Shown here: positions 19,104 through 27,919 of the stretch, piece by piece | Position numbering within the stretch: the first letter of the stretch is position 1 | Layout of the letters: each line of letters opens with the position of its first letter | Assembly (NCBI GenBank): GCA_034926785.1 | Contig: JAYFQU010000015.1 | Location: 13,363 to 77,362, forward strand | Source: Christensenella sp. | Lineage (GTDB): Bacteria > Bacillota > Clostridia > Christensenellales > CAG-138 | Direction: 5' to 3' | Length of the DNA: 64,000 nt | Translations under genes and position numbers: made by a program | The notes under the pieces: model-generated | Database searches by the model: none | What the model was told of the DNA's origin: nothing | Seen by the model: only the letters and a program-made list of their open reading frames with translations

Positions 19104-19475
19104 TTGGATAAACTGGATGTGATTTTTCAACTGCAGCAGTCGTTGGATAACGACATCGCCGCGCGCAGAAACCTGAATTTTTCGCGTGAGGAATGGATGC
19201 AAAAAGAGGTGCTCGCCATGATTTCGGAACTCTCCGAAGTGCTGGACGAGGTCAACTTCAAATGGTGGAAAAATCCAAAGCAGGTGGACGATGCAGCGCT
19301 CAAAGGCGAGATCGTCGACATTTTGCACTTCTTTGTGAGCATGTGCCTCAAGAGCGGAATGACCGCCGAGGAGCTGTTTGACCTCTACAAAATGAAAAAC
19401 CAGGAGAACTTTGACCGCCAGTATGGCAGGTCCCCTAAACACGGCTATGAGATCGGCGGTGATGTGAATGGCTAA
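19104..19475 (+). CDS. All-alpha NTP pyrophosphohydrolase, dimeric-dUTPase-like (MazG superfamily)
   Basis: LDKLDVIFQLQQSLDNDI...EVLAMISELSEVLDEVNFKWWKNPK...EIVDILHFFVSM. TTG at 19104 behind gggagga; the track starts at TTG 19080. Confidence 0.55.
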   Translation: MDKLDVIFQLQQSLDNDIAARRNLNFSREEWMQKEVLAMISELSEVLDEVNFKWWKNPKQVDDAALKGEIVDILHFFVSMCLKSGMTAEELFDLYKMKNQENFDRQYGRSPKHGYEIGGDVNG

Positions 19476-20661
19476 ACCAAAAATGCGGTTGACGGGCCGC
19501 TTCTTTGTAATGATTCTTGTTGTTGCCGGCATTATTGCGCTCGTGGTGGTCGTTGCCAATTTGACGAAGAAGACCGGTGAAATCGAGTTTGGCTCTCTCG
19601 GCGCGGATCTGGAGGTTTCCGCCGCGATCATACGCGACGAAAAGATCGTCATGTCGGAACCCTATGAGAAGATCACATTTGACGTGGTGGAAGGGGAAAC
19701 GGTCAACAACGATCAGGTGATTGCCCAGCTCTATAAGCGCGGCTATCAGGACGAGACGATGGTCTCCCTTCTGAACCTGCAAAAACAGATTTACGAGTAT
19801 CAACTGCAACTGCTCGGCGGGCAGATTCCGCCGGAACTTGCGGAGCTCAACAGCAGCATTGACGAAGTTGAGATGCAAATTCGCGCGGTATCGCGCGGAG
19901 AGAGCACGCTGGACATGCTGGATCTGGAGCAGTCGCTCAAGGATTTGGATGCGCAGCGGGTTACTTTGATGCAGAGCGTTGTAACGCCGGATACGGCGCT
20001 GACACAGCTCTACAATGATCTCAAGAGCCAGCAGAATGTCATTACAGGCTGGCGGCGCGATATTAAAAACACCTCCGGTACGGGGATTGTCAGCTTTTAT
20101 TTTGATGGATACGAGCAGGTGCTCAGCGTCAACAAGCTTTCAACAATCAACTCCGCGCTGGTGAAAAACGTCATCAGCGGCGGCAACACGGCGAAACTCG
20201 CGGACTCGACAAGCGAGGTGCCTCTCTACCGCATCATCAACAATACGCATTGGTTTATCGCGTTTGTAACGAGCTCCAGCGATCCCATGCGGCTGGCCGA
20301 GGGAGAGCAATACAGCGTGCTGTTTAAGGACTATTCCGACCAGCAGTACACCGCAACCGCGCGCGCGAGCACGGTCTCCGAAAATGCCGTGGTCAATATT
20401 CTGGAGTTTAATTCGGACATTGGAAAGCTGATTGGAACACGCACGGTAGCCGCAACGATCAGCAAGTCCGCGCAGGGGTTGGTGGTGCCGCTCAAGGCAA
20501 TTGAGATCGTCTCCGGCGTGCCGGGCATCAACATCACCTATGGAGATTCCGTGCTGCGCGTTGAGGTGGATATCCTCGCGCAGGACACAAAGAAGGCGGT
20601 CATCCGCGCGCATAACGCCTCGGATAATCTCACCGCCGGAATGAAGTATCTAAAGCCGTGA
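19468..20661 (+). CDS. HlyD/membrane-fusion-protein-like protein (N-terminal TM anchor, lipoyl-like hairpin, coiled coil, beta-barrel)
   Basis: TM segment FFVMILVVAGIIALVVVVANL, then VVEGETVNNDQVIAQL and a long heptad-like region. No transporter partner is adjacent. Confidence 0.45.
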   Translation: MAKPKMRLTGRFFVMILVVAGIIALVVVVANLTKKTGEIEFGSLGADLEVSAAIIRDEKIVMSEPYEKITFDVVEGETVNNDQVIAQLYKRGYQDETMVSLLNLQKQIYEYQLQLLGGQIPPELAELNSSIDEVEMQIRAVSRGESTLDMLDLEQSLKDLDAQRVTLMQSVVTPDTALTQLYNDLKSQQNVITGWRRDIKNTSGTGIVSFYFDGYEQVLSVNKLSTINSALVKNVISGGNTAKLADSTSEVPLYRIINNTHWFIAFVTSSSDPMRLAEGEQYSVLFKDYSDQQYTATARASTVSENAVVNILEFNSDIGKLIGTRTVAATISKSAQGLVVPLKAIEIVSGVPGINITYGDSVLRVEVDILAQDTKKAVIRAHNASDNLTAGMKYLKP

Positions 20662-21350
20662 CGGAGATTGCAAAAAACATTGCCGAGGTTCGCGCGGAAA
20701 TGGCCCGCGCATGCGAGCGTGTCAACCGTTCGCCGGAGAGCGTAACGCTCGTTGCCGTGTCGAAATATCAAAATATCGAGCGCATACGCGAGGCAGCGGA
20801 GGCGGGGATTACCGCCTTTGGCGAGAATCACGCCCAAGAATTGAACGAAAAGAAAACTTTTTTTGAACAGCGCGGCTGCAAAGTGCATTTTATTGGACAA
20901 CTGCAAACGAATAAGATAAAATATGTCTGCGGTTTTGCCGACCTTGTGGAATCGGTGGATCGGCAAAGCCTTGCGAGCGCCCTCAACCAAAAAGCGGAAG
21001 CGCTCGCGGTCGTTCAGGATATTTTGATCCAGGTCAACATCGGTGCGGAAGGCCAAAAAGGCGGCATACCCGGTGAAGACTTGGATTCTTTCACGGAATC
21101 CATCGCACATTATCCGTTTCTGCGTCTGCGCGGGCTCATGTGCGTGCCGCCCGCCGTCGAGGCGGAGGCGGCAAGAGTGTATTTCAGGCAGATGCGCGCT
21201 CATTTTCTGCGGCTTTCGGAGCGGCTCGATCCCGTCATATTCAATACGCTCTCGATGGGGATGAGCCATGACTATTCGGTTGCGATCGAAGAAGGCGCAA
21301 CGCAGGTTCGCGTTGGAAGCCGAATCTTCGGTGCGCGGGACAAAAAATAA
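20658..21350 (+). CDS. yggS: YggS/YlmE-family PLP-binding (PLP homeostasis) protein
   Basis: VTLVAVSKYQ (PLP Lys), HFIGQLQTNK, LSMGMSHDY. GTGA overlap with the upstream stop. Confidence 0.9.
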   Translation: MTEIAKNIAEVRAEMARACERVNRSPESVTLVAVSKYQNIERIREAAEAGITAFGENHAQELNEKKTFFEQRGCKVHFIGQLQTNKIKYVCGFADLVESVDRQSLASALNQKAEALAVVQDILIQVNIGAEGQKGGIPGEDLDSFTESIAHYPFLRLRGLMCVPPAVEAEAARVYFRQMRAHFLRLSERLDPVIFNTLSMGMSHDYSVAIEEGATQVRVGSRIFGARDKK

Positions 21351-21407
21351 AGATGAAGGTATGCCGCGGGCGAAATGCTGCGGCTGACGATTTTCGGAGG
21401 AAGACGG

Positions 21408-21881
21408 ATGGCAAGCCTTTATACAAAGTTCCTTGATTTTATTGGGATTGAGGAGAGCGACGAGCAGGACGACGAGCGCAGGGACGACGGTTATTACCGG
21501 GACGAACCCAGCGAGCGGCCTGCGGGCGGATTCGGCGCAGGGCGTGCCGCCGCCGCGCCGAGCCGCAGAAACGACCGGATGCAGAGTACATCCGGCGCAA
21601 ATCTGCCGATCTCCGGCGGAATGAAGATGATCGTCTACCACCCCGTGAGCTACGAGGACACGCAGAGCATCATCGACAATCTGAAAAACAGGAAGCCTGT
21701 CATCGTCAACATGGAAGAGCTGGAGCTGGACACCGCCCAGCGCATTCTTGATTTTCTCTCTGGTGCGGTCTATGCGCTGAACGGTACCATGTGCAAGATT
21801 TCCCGCGGCATATTTGTTGTTGCACCCAATAATTATGACGTTGTCGGCAACGGTGAGGATGACTACGGCGACCTTGTCTGA
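21408..21881 (+). CDS. sepF: Cell division protein SepF
   Basis: MASLYTKFLDFIG at the N terminus. C-terminal domain IVYHPVSYEDTQSIIDNLKNRKPVIVNMEEL..AQRILDFLSGAVYAL. Confidence 0.9.
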   Translation: MASLYTKFLDFIGIEESDEQDDERRDDGYYRDEPSERPAGGFGAGRAAAAPSRRNDRMQSTSGANLPISGGMKMIVYHPVSYEDTQSIIDNLKNRKPVIVNMEELELDTAQRILDFLSGAVYALNGTMCKISRGIFVVAPNNYDVVGNGEDDYGDLV

Positions 21882-21916
21882 TCCCTGCTGTTACGGGCAA
21901 ATAAAACAGGCATTGT

Positions 21917-21950
21917 TTGGCACATCATACGGTTGGTGTGCCAATTTTTT
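21917..21950 (+). terminator. Rho-independent terminator between sepF and divIVA
   Basis: ttggcaca / tgtgccaa stem with a 12-nt loop, then TTTTTT. Confidence 0.7.
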
Positions 21951-21983
21951 ACAGACGATCGTAGACGCCGGGAGGAGGTAACC

Positions 21984-22604
21984 ATGCGCATAGACGACAT
22001 TGTGAACAAGGTGTTTTCTCGCTCGTTCATGGGCTATGATATCGAGCAGGTGGACGGTTTTCTGGACGAGATCATAGAGGCGCTGGAACGGTATGAGTCG
22101 GAAAAACGCGAGATGCTCAACGCCATGGAGTACCTCATGAAAAAAATTGAGCACGGGCAGAAAGTGCCCCTTGCGGATATGAAGAAGGCCATTGACTCCG
22201 GCCGGACGGCACAGAAAAAAGTCTCGACGGAGGATGCGGAGCCTCCGCGCGCCGAGGAAGCGAAAGCGGCACGCTCGATTGCACGCGGCGCGGGCGCGTC
22301 TAAGCCCGTCCGCACGCAAAAAATCAACCGTGTGAAGGCGGAACAGGACGCAAAGGAGCAGATTATACAGGAGGCGAACGCCGAACTTCCACCGCTTACG
22401 CCCGAGGAGGCCGCGCTCCGCGCAAAGAGCGTTGCGGACGCCGCTGCAAACTGGCTGGACGAACTGCTCATCAATATTGCGGAGCACGAGAGCCTGGACT
22501 ATGAAAAACCGTTGCAGGGCGCCGAGGTGAGGCCGCCTGAACCACGCACCTATGAGCAGCCCAAGATGGCGGCGGAGAAGCCGGAAAGCAGCAAGGAAGA
22601 ATGA
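21984..22604 (+). CDS. divIVA: DivIVA-domain protein
   Basis: MRIDDIVNKVFSRSFMGYDIEQVDGFLDEIIEALE. ATG at 21984 behind ggaggaggt. Confidence 0.85.
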   Translation: MRIDDIVNKVFSRSFMGYDIEQVDGFLDEIIEALERYESEKREMLNAMEYLMKKIEHGQKVPLADMKKAIDSGRTAQKKVSTEDAEPPRAEEAKAARSIARGAGASKPVRTQKINRVKAEQDAKEQIIQEANAELPPLTPEEAALRAKSVADAAANWLDELLINIAEHESLDYEKPLQGAEVRPPEPRTYEQPKMAAEKPESSKEE

Positions 22605-24529
22605 CAAAGAAAAAACCGGCGTTTCCCGCTGTATCAGCCGAAGAGCTGCGCGCGCGGGGCATTGAACAACTGGATTTTGTTTTGGTTTCGGGTGACGCCT
22701 ATGTTGATCACCCGAGCTTTGGCGCGGCGATTATCTACCGCCTGCTGGAGAGCCGGGGGTATTCGGTCGGCCTGATTGCGCAGCCGGACTGGCACAGCGC
22801 AAAGGCGTTTCAAACGCTTGGCAAACCGAAGCTTGGGTTTCTCGTGACCTCCGGCAATCTGGACAGCATGGTCAACCACTATGCCGTCTCCGGCGCCCGG
22901 CGGGATACGGACGCGTATACCGAAAACGGCGTGGCGGGCAAACGCCCCGACCATGCGGCTATTGTCTACGCCAACCGCTGCCGCGAGGCTTATGTGGGCG
23001 TGCCGCTCATTCTCGGCGGCATAGAGGCGAGTCTGAGACGATTCGCACACTACGACTATTGGGACGATCGTGTGCGGCATAGCATTCTCTATGACGCATG
23101 CGCGGATATTCTGGTATATGGCATGGGCGAGCGCGCGATTCTTCAGGTTGCCGAGGCGCTGAAGGCGGGGAAACCGGTCGCGGAAATCACCGATATCCCC
23201 GGAACCTGCGTTCGTGCCGCAAACGCGGAGAACGTTAGAAACGCCGTGATACTGCCTTCCTTTACCGACGTGGCGACGGATAAGAAAAAATACTGCGAGG
23301 CATTTGCGCTCCAAACGCGGGAGCAGGACGCCGTACGCGGCAAGATATTGCTCCAGGCGCATGAAAAGGGCTTTCTGCGCTGCAATCCTCCCGCCAGGCC
23401 GCTCTCAACGGCGGAACTGGACGAGGTATATGCACTGCCATTCACGCGAAGGCCGCATCCTGCCCTCCGAGGACGGGTGCCTGCGCTGGACGAGGTCTCG
23501 TTCTCCGTTACCTCCGCGCGCGGTTGCTTCGGAAACTGCAACTTCTGCGCGCTGACGTTCCACCAGGGGCGCGTCGTGACCGGGCGTTCGCATGGCTCCA
23601 TTTTGGAGGAAGCGCGATCGTTTACGAAGGACCCCGCTTTCAAGGGCTATATTCACGATGTCGGCGGTCCGACGGCGAATTTTCGTCATCCCGCCTGCGA
23701 GAAGCAGCTCAAAAGCGGCGTCTGCGCGGATAGGCAGTGCCTTGGTTTCACAGCCTGCCGGAATCTCGACGCCTCCGAGGAGGATTATGTTACCCTGCTT
23801 CGGAAGCTGCGCGAAATACCGCAGGTAAAGAAGGTATTCGTTCGCAGCGGTGTGCGCTATGACTATGCCTTGCTGGATCGTGACGACACCTTCCTGCATG
23901 AGCTGATTGAGCACCACGTCAGCGGACAGCTCAAGGTTGCGCCGGAGCATGTCTCCGACCGTGTGCTCAAGTATATGAACAAACCGCCGCATGCGGTCTA
24001 CGAGCGCTTTGTGCAAAAGTTTGAGGCGATCAACAAGAGCCTGGGCCTCAAACAATATCTTGTGCCGTACTTGATTAGTTCGCATCCGGGCTCCAACCTG
24101 CACGACGCGATTGAGCTGGCGCAGTATCTCAAGCAAACGGGGCATAAGCCCGAACAGGTTCAGGATTTTTATCCGACGCCTGGAACCGCCTCCACCTGCA
24201 TGTATTATACGGAGATGGATCCCTTTACCATGCAGCCGGTCTATGTTGCCAAGAGCCGCGAGGAGAAAGCGATGCAGCGCGCCCTACTGCAATGTTTTAT
24301 CCGTCGCAACTGGCCGCTGATTCGGAAAGCACTGCGGCAGGCGGATCGTGAAGATTTGATCGGGAACGGCAAAAACTGCCTGGTTCCGCCGGATTTCAAC
24401 TCGCCGGAGATGGAACATGCGGGCGCGAAGAGGCGCCAGCCGCCCAGAGGCGGCGGCGGGGCGCGCAGCGGCGGAAAGAGAAACCCACGCCCTGGCGATG
24501 ATCGAGGCAGGGGCGGAAGGCGCGGCTAA
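22601..24529 (+). CDS. ygiQ: YgiQ-family (UPF0313) radical SAM protein with an Arg/Gly-rich C-terminal tail
   Basis: CFGNCNFCALTFHQG radical-SAM cluster motif and a conserved N-terminal YgiQ region. ATGA overlap with divIVA. Confidence 0.88.
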   Translation: MTKKKPAFPAVSAEELRARGIEQLDFVLVSGDAYVDHPSFGAAIIYRLLESRGYSVGLIAQPDWHSAKAFQTLGKPKLGFLVTSGNLDSMVNHYAVSGARRDTDAYTENGVAGKRPDHAAIVYANRCREAYVGVPLILGGIEASLRRFAHYDYWDDRVRHSILYDACADILVYGMGERAILQVAEALKAGKPVAEITDIPGTCVRAANAENVRNAVILPSFTDVATDKKKYCEAFALQTREQDAVRGKILLQAHEKGFLRCNPPARPLSTAELDEVYALPFTRRPHPALRGRVPALDEVSFSVTSARGCFGNCNFCALTFHQGRVVTGRSHGSILEEARSFTKDPAFKGYIHDVGGPTANFRHPACEKQLKSGVCADRQCLGFTACRNLDASEEDYVTLLRKLREIPQVKKVFVRSGVRYDYALLDRDDTFLHELIEHHVSGQLKVAPEHVSDRVLKYMNKPPHAVYERFVQKFEAINKSLGLKQYLVPYLISSHPGSNLHDAIELAQYLKQTGHKPEQVQDFYPTPGTASTCMYYTEMDPFTMQPVYVAKSREEKAMQRALLQCFIRRNWPLIRKALRQADREDLIGNGKNCLVPPDFNSPEMEHAGAKRRQPPRGGGGARSGGKRNPRPGDDRGRGGRRG

Positions 24530-24591
24530 TCACAGAAGCGGAAACGCCCGATCTGTGATCGAAAATCGCGCAGATTCAGGGCGGAAAGTGA

Positions 24592-24620
24592 TTGACAAAA
24601 CACGTGGTTATCGGTACAAT
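24592..24620 (+). promoter_or_regulatory. Sigma-A-type promoter for yceD-rpmF
   Basis: TTGACA (24592-24597), 17-nt spacer, TACAAT (24615-24620). Confidence 0.65.
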
Positions 24621-24710
24621 ACTTAAGGTTGCGTGAAAAGCGCGGTAGATTTGTGCGCGCTAGCTATATCGGACGCGCCGATTTCCTCGGCGAAAAAGGC
24701 GGTGGAGATC

Positions 24711-25172
24711 ATGCGGATTCGGGTGGCAAATGCCATACGTCAAACGGGAGAGGCGTTTCCCTTTGAGCAAGCGGAGCAATTTGCGCCGCAAAGCTATGGC
24801 GAGCGTACGGTTTCGTTTTCCGAGCCGGTCTCGGTCAGCGGAACGTATGTTTATGACGGCAAGGCGTTTACCGTCTCCGGTCATGCGATTGCATACGTCA
24901 ACACAACATGCGCGCGCTGCACAAAACCGTTTGTCGAACGCATCGGCTTCTCCTTTTCAGAGCGATTTGTTAAGGGTGAGGATGAAGCGGGAGACGACGA
25001 GACCTATCCGTATTCGGGAGACGAATTGCTGCTCGACAAGGCCGTGCTGGACAATCTCTTTTTAGAGCTTCCCATCGCGGGCGTCTGCCGGGAGGACTGC
25101 AAGGGACTCTGCCCCGTCTGCGGAGCGGACAGGAACGTGACCGAATGTAATTGCACCATACAGGAAGCCTAG
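24711..25172 (+). CDS. yceD: YceD/DUF177 family protein (large-subunit rRNA/L32 accumulation factor)
   Basis: CARCTKPF ... CKGLCPVCGADRN. It sits upstream of rpmF, as in most bacteria. ATG 24711 is preferred over GTG 24633. Confidence 0.85.
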   Translation: MRIRVANAIRQTGEAFPFEQAEQFAPQSYGERTVSFSEPVSVSGTYVYDGKAFTVSGHAIAYVNTTCARCTKPFVERIGFSFSERFVKGEDEAGDDETYPYSGDELLLDKAVLDNLFLELPIAGVCREDCKGLCPVCGADRNVTECNCTIQEA

Positions 25173-25223
25173 GGCGAATCAAACGCCCGACGTGCTATCA
25201 GATGAAGAATAGGAGGGATTATC

Positions 25224-25424
25224 ATGGCAGTACCCAAGAGAAAAACGTCCAAGGCAAAGCGCGACTCGCGCAGAGCCGCCAACTTCGTCGTAGCCGAAGT
25301 GCAGCTCAACGAGTGCCCGCAGTGCCACTCGCTTGTACCGTCCCACACGGTATGCAAGGCGTGCGGGTATTACGGCGGCAAGCTGGTCGTCGACATGGAT
25401 CAGAAGGAAAAGAAGAACGCCTGA
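25224..25424 (+). CDS. rpmF: 50S ribosomal protein L32
   Basis: MAVPKRKTSKAKRDSRRA, with CPQC...CKAC zinc-ribbon Cys pairs. Confidence 0.95.
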   Translation: MAVPKRKTSKAKRDSRRAANFVVAEVQLNECPQCHSLVPSHTVCKACGYYGGKLVVDMDQKEKKNA

Positions 25425-25565
25425 TCATCCATCCTTCGGATATGTCGAATCGTTCGACAACAAGTTTTGCAAAAACAAAAGGGCTTTTCACGCATTCTGC
25501 GCGAGGAGTCTTTTTGTTTTGCCCGGTATAGCGCGGTGCTTCGGGGCGGAACGCATGGGATCGGA

Positions 25566-25594
25566 TTGCAACAAAATTCGATTTCCCGTATAAT
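25566..25594 (+). promoter_or_regulatory. Sigma-A-type promoter for plsX
   Basis: TTGCAA (25566-25571), 17-nt spacer, TATAAT (25589-25594). Confidence 0.65.
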
Positions 25595-25712
25595 ATGGAA
25601 ATCGAGCGCGCCATAGGAATAATCTGTTTTTCATTCGCAATTCTATCGTTCGGCGCGATCGACCAGATTGGGATAGCGGCGCTTCACGCCGCGGAATGGG
25701 GAGAAGGGCATC

Positions 25713-26720
25713 ATGAGAATTGTGATAGACGCCATGGGCGGCGACAATGCGCCGCAGGCGGTACTGGAAGGGGTTAAACTCGTCCTGCCGGAGCTCAAGC
25801 CGGATGTGGAGCTCGCACTCTATGGCGACGAGGCGACGCTTAGCAACGGCCTCGCGGCGCTTGGGGTAACAGACCCGCGTGTAAGCGTCGTTTCCACCAC
25901 CGAGGTCATCAGCTGCGAGGAACAGCCGACCCTCGCGATCCGTAAAAAAAAGGACTCCTCCATGGTGCGCGCCATAGAAGCCGTCGCGCAAAAGGAGGCG
26001 GACTGCGTCCTCTCCGCTGGCAGCACGGGCGCGCTGCTCACCGGGGCAACGCTCATCATCAAACGTCTCAAGGGCGTGAAGCGTCCCGCGCTGGCCACCG
26101 TGATGCCGACGACAGACGCCTGCGCGCTGCTGTTGGATTGCGGCGCAAACACGGACTGCAAGAGCGAATATCTCGTTCAGTTTGCCCTGATGGGATCGGC
26201 CTATATGAAATGTGTGTTGGGGATTGAGAATCCGCGTGTGGGCCTGCTCAACAACGGCGCGGAGGAGGAGAAGGGAAACGAACTGACAAAACAGACCTAC
26301 CAACTGCTCAAGAGCGCGCCGGTGAAGTTCACCGGAAACTGCGAAGGGCGCGATGTGCTGGGGGGGGAATTCGACGTGGTTGTCTGTGACGGATTTGACG
26401 GCAACATCGTGCTCAAAAGCACCGAGGGTGCGGCGGCGCTGATCATGGATCTGCTCAAGCAGGGACTCATGAGCAGCCTGCGTACCAAGCTCGGAGCCGC
26501 GATTTGCAAGCCGTCATTCCGTCTGCTCAAGAAAAAGCTGGACTATACCGAATACGGCGGCGCTCCGCTGCTCGGCGTCAACGGCGGCGTGATTAAGGCG
26601 CACGGCAGCTCCAACGGAAAATCGTTCCGCTCGGCGATCCTGCAGGCGGTGAAGCTCGTCTCCTCCAACGTTACCGAGCTGCTCGGCGCGGAGATTGCCC
26701 AATACGGCTTGGAGGAATAG
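25713..26720 (+). CDS. plsX: Phosphate acyltransferase PlsX
   Basis: MRIVIDAMGGDNAPQAVLEG..., GFDGNIVLKSTEG. Confidence 0.95.
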   Translation: MRIVIDAMGGDNAPQAVLEGVKLVLPELKPDVELALYGDEATLSNGLAALGVTDPRVSVVSTTEVISCEEQPTLAIRKKKDSSMVRAIEAVAQKEADCVLSAGSTGALLTGATLIIKRLKGVKRPALATVMPTTDACALLLDCGANTDCKSEYLVQFALMGSAYMKCVLGIENPRVGLLNNGAEEEKGNELTKQTYQLLKSAPVKFTGNCEGRDVLGGEFDVVVCDGFDGNIVLKSTEGAAALIMDLLKQGLMSSLRTKLGAAICKPSFRLLKKKLDYTEYGGAPLLGVNGGVIKAHGSSNGKSFRSAILQAVKLVSSNVTELLGAEIAQYGLEE

Positions 26721-26819
26721 CCCGCCAACTGCACGGAGGATTGACAGATTGTCCCGTATCCGATAGAATACTACGCGAATGAGATGCGTGAAAAAGCGCT
26801 TCGAAAAGGAGTTTTCAAC

Positions 26820-27044
26820 ATGTATTTTGAAAAAGTTCGAGATATTATTGCAAAGCAGTTGGATATCGACGGCACAACCATTACCATGACCAGCCGGCTC
26901 ATCGACGACCTGAAGGCGGACTCACTGGACATCGTCGAGCTCATTATGGATCTGGAGCAGGAATTCAACATTGAGATTCCGGACGAGGAACTCCCCAAGG
27001 TGCAGACCGTATCGGACATCGTCGGCTATCTGGAGAAGAAATAG
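26820..27044 (+). CDS. acpP: Acyl carrier protein
   Basis: [20 protein letters not shown] (phosphopantetheine Ser in DSLD). ATG at 26820. Confidence 0.93.
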   Translation: MYFEKVRDIIAKQLDIDGTTITMTSRLIDDLKADSLDIVELIMDLEQEFNIEIPDEELPKVQTVSDIVGYLEKK

Positions 27045-27065
27045 CCCGAAAACCAACATCCATGA

Positions 27066-27104
27066 ACCCGCATCCGAAGGTTGAGAGAGGGTGCGGGTTT
27101 TTTT
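27066..27104 (+). terminator. Rho-independent terminator after acpP
   Basis: acccgca ... tgcgggt stem, then TTTTTTT. Confidence 0.7.
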
Positions 27105-27199
27105 GTAAAGCGTGCGGGGAGAGACCCTGTTTTTCGTCTGTTTTTCTACGAAAAACAACAACCGATTCCGATCATAAAAACAAAAAAAAGGATAACTGA

Positions 27200-27919
27200 A
27201 TGCCGGACATGCAACAAGCGCTTTCCACGCTCGAAGAAACATTGCAGTATGCCTTTCGCGACCGTTCCCTTCTGGAAACGGCGCTGACGCATACCTCGTT
27301 TGTCAAGGGTGACGGGAAGCGCCAAAAGCATAATGAACGCCTGGAATTTCTGGGCGATGCGGTGCTGGAGCTCTGCGTAAGCGAGCACCTTTATGGTACG
27401 CACCCGGAGTTACAGGAAGGCGCGATGACGCGCCACCGTGCGCGGCTCGTCTGTGAACAGGCGCTCTACAGCGCGGCGCTTGCGCTCCGGATTCCGGAAA
27501 GTCTCCGCCTCGGCAATGGCGAGGAACTCACCGGGGGGCGCAGAAAACCCTCCATCGTCTCCGACGCGTTGGAGGCCGTTATCGGAGCCATCTATCTTGA
27601 CGGCGGCATTGAGGTTGCGCGAAAGTTTATCATGAACCGCGTGATTCGCCTGCTGGAAGATGCGCGCGTAGACGAGACGGACAAGGACTATAAGACCCGC
27701 TTGCAGGAATATGTCCAGAAGGGGCATATCGGCACGCTGGAATATGAATGCCTCGGCGAGTCGGGGCCGGAACACCAAAAGCAGTTTACCATCTGCGTCC
27801 GCCTCTCGGGCGAACCCGTGGGTGAAGGCATTGGGCTCAACAAACAGAGCGCGGGACAGGAGGCGGCAAAGGCCGCACTGATCCGCTTCGGAGTTTTGGA
27901 GGGCGAAGGATGCGACTGA
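27200..27919 (+). CDS. rnc: Ribonuclease III
   Basis: NERLEFLGDAVLEL signature plus a C-terminal dsRBD. Confidence 0.95.
   Translation: MPDMQQALSTLEETLQYAFRDRSLLETALTHTSFVKGDGKRQKHNERLEFLGDAVLELCVSEHLYGTHPELQEGAMTRHRARLVCEQALYSAALALRIPESLRLGNGEELTGGRRKPSIVSDALEAVIGAIYLDGGIEVARKFIMNRVIRLLEDARVDETDKDYKTRLQEYVQKGHIGTLEYECLGESGPEHQKQFTICVRLSGEPVGEGIGLNKQSAGQEAAKAALIRFGVLEGEGCD

Noticed and set aside
25595-25777. 60-aa ORF overlapping the plsX start region
   Set aside because: It starts at or just before the predicted transcript 5' end and has no RBS. It also overlaps plsX out of frame and coincides with the leader hairpin.
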